Of a stretch of DNA of 64,000 nucleotides, positions 58,005 to 64,000 are shown one piece after another. The stretch comes from a virus. The stretch's first letter is position 1, and each line of letters begins with the position of its first letter. A model generated the notes under the pieces. The model was given only the letters and a program-made list of their open reading frames with translations. It ran no database searches and had not been told where the DNA came from. The stretch is taken from IMG/VR virus record IMGVR_UViG_3300045988_111260; one strand, given 5' to 3'. Position numbers and translations under genes: made by a program.

Positions 58005-58130
58005 TTTTTCCGTTCCAATACGTCACTACTAGCAATCAGTAGTACAGTTTTTCCGTTCATTTAAAGTAACTATTAGCTTCAATAGTCGAGTCTTTCCGTT
58101 AGGGTGTATACTCATATCATCATGAGTAGT
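58005..58130. repeat. Three tandem units of about 43 nt, each a different short hairpin followed by a conserved TTTCCGTT (plus sense)
   Basis: TTTTTCCGTT at 58005, 58049, 58093; hairpins ACTACT/AGTAGT, CTATTAG/CTAATAG-like, TACTCAT/ATGAGTA. Confidence 0.5.
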
Positions 58131-58138
58131 AAAAGCCT

Positions 58139-58396
58139 TTAATTGGCTATGTAACTAAATAATTCTGACGGATCTTCTTTTAAAATTTCCGTCATGCCGT
58201 TAATTGCTTCTTCTTGCGTTTTGTACTTCCGAAAAACTCCGAACGTATTCTTGAATAGCAAGAAGTATTTACAACCATGTAAGCTATCATCAATTCCAGC
58301 GTTCGGAGGATTTTCCGTGTAGTACAGTGTGTTGTACTTTCGTTCAATGTGACACGCTAATGCTTCCATAGTCGTTCTGCGACTCATTCTTTCCAC
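58139..58396 (-). CDS. Hypothetical protein
   Basis: 85-aa ORF. Confidence 0.4.
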   Translation of the reverse strand: MERMSRRTTMEALACHIERKYNTLYYTENPPNAGIDDSLHGCKYFLLFKNTFGVFRKYKTQEEAINGMTEILKEDPSELFSYIAN

Positions 58397-58403
58397 CTAC
58401 TTT

Positions 58404-59075
58404 CTATGCCATTGCAAGCTGTCTACTTCCGATAGCATTTTTTCCACTACGTTTACCTTCTTCCCATGATTCTTTTGCGTAGTAACTTCTTGTGTTTAGT
58501 CTGTTTTTTGTAGTTTTACAATCTTTTGTTCTTTCCTTAAAGGCTTCTTCTACTTCTTTTGGTGTCACGATCATCAATGCTGTACATTGTTTTTCCAAAA
58601 TTTCTGCAATACCATCTAAAAATCCAATAAGAAAACAGTTCTTAATGCCTTTCCCGTAAAAACTGATTCCAATTTCTTTACATTCCTTTTTCTTCTTATT
58701 GTAAAATTTAGTTGCTAATTTATTACCCATATTAAAAAGATACTTGAAAGTTTCTGTTGCAATTTCTGCATCTGTTTTGTATCCATAAAATACAACAGTG
58801 GATTTTCCATAATAAAAATGTTGGCATCTAAAGTTTCTTGCAATGATCGTAGATAATCTATATTTCCATTTGTTCCCAGTTCCTACATTAGTACATTCTT
58901 CTGAAATATTTTCAGAATCTTCAATACCGCTGACTTCTTCCATAGAAATATGGTACTCTGCCATCAATTTCTGTGCCTTTAAGGCTGCCGCCTGGGCTTC
59001 TTTTTCCGATGGATTGTTCTTTGATAGTTCCAGTACATTCTTAATTTTATTGATAATCTTTTCTGTGTTTTCCAT
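58404..59075 (-). CDS. Hypothetical protein (DUF2786-like N-terminus)
   Basis: KIKNVLELSKNNPSEKEAQAAALKAQKLMAEYHI resembles the DUF2786 N-terminal helix. Confidence 0.4.
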   Translation of the reverse strand: MENTEKIINKIKNVLELSKNNPSEKEAQAAALKAQKLMAEYHISMEEVSGIEDSENISEECTNVGTGNKWKYRLSTIIARNFRCQHFYYGKSTVVFYGYKTDAEIATETFKYLFNMGNKLATKFYNKKKKECKEIGISFYGKGIKNCFLIGFLDGIAEILEKQCTALMIVTPKEVEEAFKERTKDCKTTKNRLNTRSYYAKESWEEGKRSGKNAIGSRQLAMA

Positions 59076-59091
59076 GATTCTCTATTCCTTT

Positions 59092-59277
59092 CTATTTATA
59101 ATAAACATCTACATTGTTCTTATCATCGTGTGACCAACTAGATCCAACGTATTTTCCACTGTTACCGCAATCTTCAAGATCGTATTCACAACATAAGTCA
59201 TTGTATTCATCGGGCGTATTACAAAAAATTTCTGTTCTACCATCGGAATAAGTATTTTTTACTATTATAATTTCCAC
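59092..59277 (-). CDS. Hypothetical small protein
   Basis: 61-aa ORF. Confidence 0.3.
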   Translation of the reverse strand: MEIIIVKNTYSDGRTEIFCNTPDEYNDLCCEYDLEDCGNSGKYVGSSWSHDDKNNVDVYYK

Positions 59278-59284
59278 CTTCCTT

Positions 59285-59557
59285 CTATAATCTTTCCATC
59301 AGTTCTACAGCTAAGATGTACGCTACATACTTCCACACATTCACGTAGCCGTTCAGATCCTCCAATCTACATTGTAAAACTGTATGAATCATTCCATCAC
59401 AGAATCCTTTACTTTTAAGTTCTGCGATAAGATCTTTCTTTGCGATCGGTGGCAAGGCTGCGACTCTGATTTTTCCAATGTCAAAAGTGTTACGTTCTTC
59501 CTTTTCTACTGTCTGAATCACTACCATGTTTGTTCTTGTCATCTTTAAAATTTCCAT
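59285..59557 (-). CDS. Hypothetical protein
   Basis: 90-aa ORF. Confidence 0.4.
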   Translation of the reverse strand: MEILKMTRTNMVVIQTVEKEERNTFDIGKIRVAALPPIAKKDLIAELKSKGFCDGMIHTVLQCRLEDLNGYVNVWKYVAYILAVELMERL

Positions 59558-59558
59558 T

Positions 59559-60062
59559 CTAGTGTTCCTCCTGGTTATCTTTTTTTGTAATTGTTATGTC
59601 GTAGCCTAACTTTTTCCACCATTCTTTTGTTCTTTGTCGAATATCATTTAAGTTATCCCACCACATATCGTTCAATTCTGGTACAATTTCTGCATAATCG
59701 TTTATATCTTGAATGACACCATATGATTCGCAAATAATAATATCGGGATATGATTTTACAGAAGGTATTGCCATATTTTCTATATTGAAAACATCAACCA
59801 ATAATCCTACATCTTCATTATTTTCTACTTTAAAATAGGTGTACGTTCTATCACTGCTCGTATCTTCTACCATTGGCACAAGATCAAAATTTATTATCAT
59901 TTTGTTTACAATGCTTTTCTTATCTTCCCACTGTTTTGCACGTTTCAATCGTTCTTCGTATTGCAAACAATGACTTTTTGTCGTAAATCGTTTTCCATCT
60001 TCTGCGATATATACAGTGTCTTTGATGATTCTTTCTTTCGTTTCAATCTTCATAATTTCCAC
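59559..60062 (-). CDS. Hypothetical protein
   Basis: 167-aa ORF. Confidence 0.4.
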   Translation of the reverse strand: MEIMKIETKERIIKDTVYIAEDGKRFTTKSHCLQYEERLKRAKQWEDKKSIVNKMIINFDLVPMVEDTSSDRTYTYFKVENNEDVGLLVDVFNIENMAIPSVKSYPDIIICESYGVIQDINDYAEIVPELNDMWWDNLNDIRQRTKEWWKKLGYDITITKKDNQEEH

Positions 60063-60071
60063 ACTTCCTTT

Positions 60072-60380
60072 CTATGCCGTTTCTTCTTCTTTTTCGTACT
60101 CTTCACGATCCTTATAGTACATATCTAACAGTTCTCTATACTTCTTTTCGCTGTCTGTCATGTACAGTTCGTTGACACTAGACCATTCATTCAAGCCCTT
60201 TTCTAAGATCATCACGTACTTTCTTAGCTTGATTCTGCCCCATCTCATGTTATTATTTCCAACATCAAAGAAATAGTTATCTAACATACAGCCTTCAAAA
60301 CTATCTGCTAAGTAATCATCTAAAGTCATGCAAAACATTTCTACTGTATCATTATCAATAATCGTTCTATAATCTTTCAT
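60072..60380 (-). CDS. Hypothetical protein
   Basis: 102-aa ORF. Confidence 0.4.
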   Translation of the reverse strand: MKDYRTIIDNDTVEMFCMTLDDYLADSFEGCMLDNYFFDVGNNNMRWGRIKLRKYVMILEKGLNEWSSVNELYMTDSEKKYRELLDMYYKDREEYEKEEETA

Positions 60381-60659
60381 TTACGCCACCCCCATTGATT
60401 CTAATGCAAACATAAAAGCTACAACTTCTCTATCACTAGAAAGAATATCACCCCTATAATTATTAAACTCTTTAACAAAATCTAAATGACTTTCTATAAA
60501 AGAATCACCAGCTTCAAGTGCTTCTATATAACCAGCTACTCGATCATAGTTATCATATAAAAAGTCGTATTCTTCATTGAATTTTTCCAAAAATACCTTG
60601 ATATTAATATTAATTTCTTTTCTCATAGTTCCAACCTTCTTTCTATCTGATTTTCCCAT
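60381..60659 (-). CDS. Hypothetical protein
   Basis: 92-aa ORF. Confidence 0.4.
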   Translation of the reverse strand: MGKSDRKKVGTMRKEININIKVFLEKFNEEYDFLYDNYDRVAGYIEALEAGDSFIESHLDFVKEFNNYRGDILSSDREVVAFMFALESMGVA

Positions 60660-61248
60660 TATCTGCGATCGCTTCTACGTCATCACAGTAACTATTACAA
60701 GGATTCCATACACAATAGCTTGTTACGTGCTTTCCCTTGCGTACACGTTTGTTATACGCAAGGTAGTAACCTTTTCCATACGTTCCATGTTTACCTCCGG
60801 CAGAAACACTTTTAATAATTTCCACGTAAATAGTATGCTTTACAGCACGTTCACGGATCATTTTATCCGTTAGTTTTCCAGTGCTGATATACTTTACATT
60901 ATAGGCGTTTAGATCGTATTCATGCCGTATATAATCGTTTATAAGCTGGATATTTCTATTCTTTGCCGTGATTTTTACGATCGAATCATCGAGCTTATTT
61001 CTAGTGCCGTGAGTATTAAATTTTACAGTGACAACGGTAGTCCCTGGATAGGCATATGATTCCTTGCGAACTTTCCAACAATAGCCGTCAACCGTGTCAA
61101 TTGTGCCGTCACTGTTATAAATACCTTTAATTGTTCTGTACTTGCTTCTTTTTGTCTTTGCATACACTGTATTTTCCAGCATTAAAAAAGCCGTAAACAT
61201 AATTACTACGGTTAATAAGATCTTAATTGTTTTGTTTTTTGTTTTCAT
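60643..61248 (-). CDS. Secreted protein (signal peptide); function unknown
   Basis: N-terminal KILLTVVIMFTAFLMLENTVYA signal peptide. Confidence 0.45.
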   Translation of the reverse strand: MKTKNKTIKILLTVVIMFTAFLMLENTVYAKTKRSKYRTIKGIYNSDGTIDTVDGYCWKVRKESYAYPGTTVVTVKFNTHGTRNKLDDSIVKITAKNRNIQLINDYIRHEYDLNAYNVKYISTGKLTDKMIRERAVKHTIYVEIIKSVSAGGKHGTYGKGYYLAYNKRVRKGKHVTSYCVWNPCNSYCDDVEAIADNGKIR

Positions 61249-61268
61249 TGCGTTCTGTACCTTCTTTC

Positions 61269-61664
61269 TTAATATTCAAAATTCGGAAATAGTTCGTATA
61301 AATCTTCTTCATCTATGTATTTTCCATTAATTGTGATACTAACGACATAGGATACAAAATATTTTCCATTATCATCTTCTAAACCATCATCATCTTCTTG
61401 TTTCCAAAAAGAAAAGCAACTACCACAAATACAAATATCTTTTGCTTCTAAATTGTTAATAAAATGCTGATTGATTTCATTAAGAACGAATTGTTCAAAA
61501 TTGAAATTTTTTGCTTTTGCTAATGTGGATTTTCCCGTTAACCAGTCTGCATCTTTTCCACGTAAAGGATCAATAAGTTCTCCATGTTTATTCTCTTGAA
61601 ATATGTCGGCAGAAATCCCATACAATTTAATTGTGTCAAGTTCTCTATATTTTTCAAAATTCAT
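61269..61664 (-). CDS. Hypothetical protein
   Basis: 131-aa ORF. Confidence 0.4.
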   Translation of the reverse strand: MNFEKYRELDTIKLYGISADIFQENKHGELIDPLRGKDADWLTGKSTLAKAKNFNFEQFVLNEINQHFINNLEAKDICICGSCFSFWKQEDDDGLEDDNGKYFVSYVVSITINGKYIDEEDLYELFPNFEY

Positions 61665-61689
61665 AATCGTTTACCTTCTTTCTATTTTC

Positions 61690-61878
61690 TTATTCTATAT
61701 CTGTATCATCAAATCCAACGCAAGCAAGCATATAGACAGCGGTAATCATTAATAATAACGCTTCTAATATAAAGGCTTGCGGTATCTTGATAAATGTAAT
61801 AATAGCCGTTACAATCCATACAATCGCAACGGCTATATCTGTTATAGCTGGTTTATGTAGTTGTGTCTTATTTTCCAT
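61690..61878 (-). CDS. Small two-TM membrane protein
   Basis: 62 aa, hydrophobic. Confidence 0.35.
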   Translation of the reverse strand: MENKTQLHKPAITDIAVAIVWIVTAIITFIKIPQAFILEALLLMITAVYMLACVGFDDTDIE

Positions 61879-62203
61879 TGTTCTTTCCTCCTGGTTTATT
61901 TAAATCAATAATAATCGTATTATTTTCGTCAACAAAACTTCCATAAGAAAATCCATTTCCCTTTATATCGTGACATTTTCTACCATTGGAAAGTATAGTA
62001 AGTTGATACGTTGCCTTTTGTAATCTGCGGATTAACTCGGTTATATTGTTTTGGCTCGCTGGAAATCCCATTTTCTCACAAATTTCTTTAGCTAAGCCCA
62101 CTGTTTTATTTTTCTTTTCTGTTTTAACAAAAACATCTTTGCAACCCATCAAAAAGTAAAATCCATTCATTGTATTCATATCTTTCCACCTCCTACTCGT
62201 CAA
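61868..62203 (-). CDS. Hypothetical protein
   Basis: 111-aa ORF. Confidence 0.4.
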   Translation of the reverse strand: MTSRRWKDMNTMNGFYFLMGCKDVFVKTEKKNKTVGLAKEICEKMGFPASQNNITELIRRLQKATYQLTILSNGRKCHDIKGNGFSYGSFVDENNTIIIDLNKPGGKNNGK

Positions 62204-62444
62204 CTCTTTCTATCATGAAATTACCACCATGATATAAATTAAGTCCGTGATTTCCAGCAGTAATATACATATCATCATTGATTCCATCACGTTCTATGTC
62301 ATCATCTGAAACAAATACACCCATATTTCCATCAGATTCTAGTTGATCGATCGCAAGATCTAAGATTGCACAGTAGTCCGTTGTAGGTTCATCAACTGTT
62401 ACAAGTTCGCTAAAATAACTATAAATCACTCTGTATTTTGTCAT
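62193..62444 (-). CDS. Hypothetical small acidic protein
   Basis: 83-aa ORF. Confidence 0.35.
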   Translation of the reverse strand: MTKYRVIYSYFSELVTVDEPTTDYCAILDLAIDQLESDGNMGVFVSDDDIERDGINDDMYITAGNHGLNLYHGGNFMIERVDE

Positions 62445-62502
62445 AATATCTTTCCTTCTTTCTGCCCTTTACGGGACTTTATTTTTCTTTATAAGTTCAA
62501 CA

Positions 62503-62533
62503 AAATAGACAAGCCGTGTTTTGACTTGTCTAT
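62503..62533 (-). terminator. Intrinsic terminator after gene 62580..62978
   Basis: Minus strand ATAGACAAGTCAAAACACGGCTTGTCTATTTTGTTG: 8-bp stem plus U-run. Confidence 0.45.
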
Positions 62534-62579
62534 ATATTCATCAGCATATAAATATTGTTCCATCGTTCAAACACTCCTT

Positions 62580-62978
62580 TTATAACATTTCTTTTAACTG
62601 TGCAACGATAATTGCGTTCGTTGCTTCAGTTGCTAGATAATTCCAATTATCATTGAATTCTTCAATTTCATACATATCAGAAATGACATCGTATCCGATA
62701 ATATAGTAAAGCATATTGGCAAGTTTTTCGGGATCTGAAATGTCGGTTGTTACTTCTCCGAAGTTTAATTCTTCGTAGTCCTTGACTTTCTCAATCGCTT
62801 TAAATACGTCATATTGTTTTAGTGCTTCTTTTGCTTCATAAGTACCGATAATATAATAATCAGTGTTAAATACTTCATCGTGTAAGTCGCAGTAATAACC
62901 GTCGTAACCACCTTCTAAACACTCAATAATATCGTTCATTGCTTCTTCTCTTGTAAAATATTTTTTTGTTGCTGTCAT
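62580..62978 (-). CDS. Hypothetical acidic protein
   Basis: 132-aa ORF. Confidence 0.4.
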   Translation of the reverse strand: MTATKKYFTREEAMNDIIECLEGGYDGYYCDLHDEVFNTDYYIIGTYEAKEALKQYDVFKAIEKVKDYEELNFGEVTTDISDPEKLANMLYYIIGYDVISDMYEIEEFNDNWNYLATEATNAIIVAQLKEML

Positions 62979-63045
62979 AATAATATACCTTCTTTCTTGA
63001 AATACCCGACTTATAAAAGCGGGATTTTATAGCTACAATAAAAAA

Positions 63046-63070
63046 GACACAATCTTTTTTTAGATCGTGC
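63046..63070 (-). terminator. Intrinsic terminator (repeated at 63334..63357 and 63732..63756)
   Basis: Minus strand GCACGAUCU-AAAAAAA-AGAUUGUGUC then UUUUUUAUUG; three near-identical copies, each just downstream of a small gene. Confidence 0.45.
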
Positions 63071-63079
63071 CTTTATGGT

Positions 63080-63265
63080 TTACGCTATTCCTTCACTAAA
63101 AAACCAATCAAGGAAATCACTTGTATATGGTTTTTTCGTCAAGTGAATATCCTTTTCATTCTTTCGAATAAAAGCCCAACATTCAATTTTTGTTTCAAAA
63201 CTAGTTGAATGTTCCATATTTGTTTTTTTATCGACATAGTCAATATAGTACTTCATTCTTTTCAT
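63080..63265 (-). CDS. Small protein, cassette copy A (identical to 63766..63951)
   Basis: 61 aa MKRMKYYIDYVDKKTNMEHSTSF...; RBS AAGGAGG; flanked by conserved leader hairpin and terminator. Confidence 0.5.
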   Translation of the reverse strand: MKRMKYYIDYVDKKTNMEHSTSFETKIECWAFIRKNEKDIHLTKKPYTSDFLDWFFSEGIA

Positions 63266-63366
63266 AGTTGTTTACCTCCTTAATACTACGACCAGCTTTT
63301 CAAGGCTGGATTTTCAATAGTTACAATAAAAAAGACACAATCTTTTTTAGATCGTGCCTTTATGGT

Positions 63367-63549
63367 TTAGAATAGCCCGATATATCCATATTCTCCATCG
63401 TACCATTCTTCTAAATCTGCGACTCTTAAGTCGTAGTTATAACCCGTGCTAGGGTATCCTTCTTCCATACATTCATATGAAATTTCTTCACATTCAGCTA
63501 AAAACTGATTGTGGATTGTTTCTTTTAATCTTTCAATTGCTTCTTTCAT
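63367..63549 (-). CDS. Small acidic protein, cassette B (different ORF, same leader and terminator)
   Basis: 60 aa MKEAIERLKETIHNQFLAECEE...; identical 5' leader GTAGTATTAAGGAGGTAAACAACTATG. Confidence 0.45.
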   Translation of the reverse strand: MKEAIERLKETIHNQFLAECEEISYECMEEGYPSTGYNYDLRVADLEEWYDGEYGYIGLF

Positions 63550-63765
63550 AGTTGTTTACCTCCTTAATACTACGACCAGCTTTTCAAGGCTGGATTTTTC
63601 AGTTATAAGTTCATGAATGACTATAAATAGCGGTGTCTTAGACAGTGGCATGGCGTAAAGCGTACATACTAAGCAAAGTGTTATTTATAGCCCATCATCG
63701 ACCTATAAAAGAATATAGTTACAATAAAAAAGACACAATCTTTTTTTAGATCGTGCCTTTATGGT

Positions 63766-63951
63766 TTACGCTATTCCTTCACTAAAAAACCAATCAAGGA
63801 AATCACTTGTATATGGTTTTTTCGTCAAGTGAATATCCTTTTCATTCTTTCGAATAAAAGCCCAACATTCAATTTTTGTTTCAAAACTAGTTGAATGTTC
63901 CATATTTGTTTTTTTATCGACATAGTCAATATAGTACTTCATTCTTTTCAT
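63766..63951 (-). CDS. Small protein, cassette copy C (identical to 63080..63265)
   Basis: Exact duplicate including flanks. Confidence 0.5.
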   Translation of the reverse strand: MKRMKYYIDYVDKKTNMEHSTSFETKIECWAFIRKNEKDIHLTKKPYTSDFLDWFFSEGIA

Positions 63952-64000
63952 AGTTGTTTACCTCCTTAATACTACGACCAGCTTTTCAAGGCTGGATTTT

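Noticed and set aside
58005-58130. CRISPR array interpretation of the 43-nt tandem units
   Set aside because: The conserved part is only 8 to 10 nt and the variable parts are self-complementary hairpins, not spacer-like. No cas genes are present.
1-64000. Prophage/host junctions or attachment sites
   Set aside because: No host-like housekeeping genes are present and the GC content does not shift anywhere in the window, so element boundaries cannot be placed from this sequence.

Overview
This window looks like the early, replication and accessory region of a large, AT-rich (about 30% GC) Firmicutes-type bacteriophage or prophage. Almost every gene lies on the minus strand. The only convincing plus-strand gene is an XRE-family HTH regulator (34331..34534), convergent with the minus-strand genes to its right. 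The backbone is an SPbeta-like replisome module in the order DnaB helicase, TOPRIM primase, RecJ-like DHH exonuclease, DnaE polymerase. It is accompanied by NAD-dependent ligase LigA, a RecD-like SF1 helicase, an ERCC4-type nuclease, a beta sliding clamp, a replisome organiser, an AAA ATPase and an SSB-like protein. The dnaE gene is split, exactly inside the catalytic PDIDLN motif, by what I read as a group I intron carrying a GIY-YIG homing endonuclease. Temperate-style regulation is present: three Bro/Ant-type antirepressor paralogues, a tyrosine recombinase and two sigma-70-family sigma factors. Accessory genes of note are a flotillin (SPFH) gene with a coiled-coil membrane partner, a MazF/PemK-like toxin with no canonical antitoxin, a nucleotidyltransferase next to a HigA-like HTH, an NrnA-like DHH-DHHA1 phosphoesterase, a nucleoside 2-deoxyribosyltransferase-like protein, a J-domain membrane protein, and a DUF2829/Tad2-like gene that carries an in-frame amber codon. 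Non-coding features include a tRNA-like gene with an 81-nt insertion in its anticodon arm, a tandem 43-nt repeat array next to a tRNA-like fragment, a duplicated palindromic operator-promoter, and a cassette-like array of small genes with identical leaders and terminators at the right edge. No structural or lysis module is visible, so the element extends beyond this window. Function calls rest on motif recognition by eye; none has been checked by any homology search.
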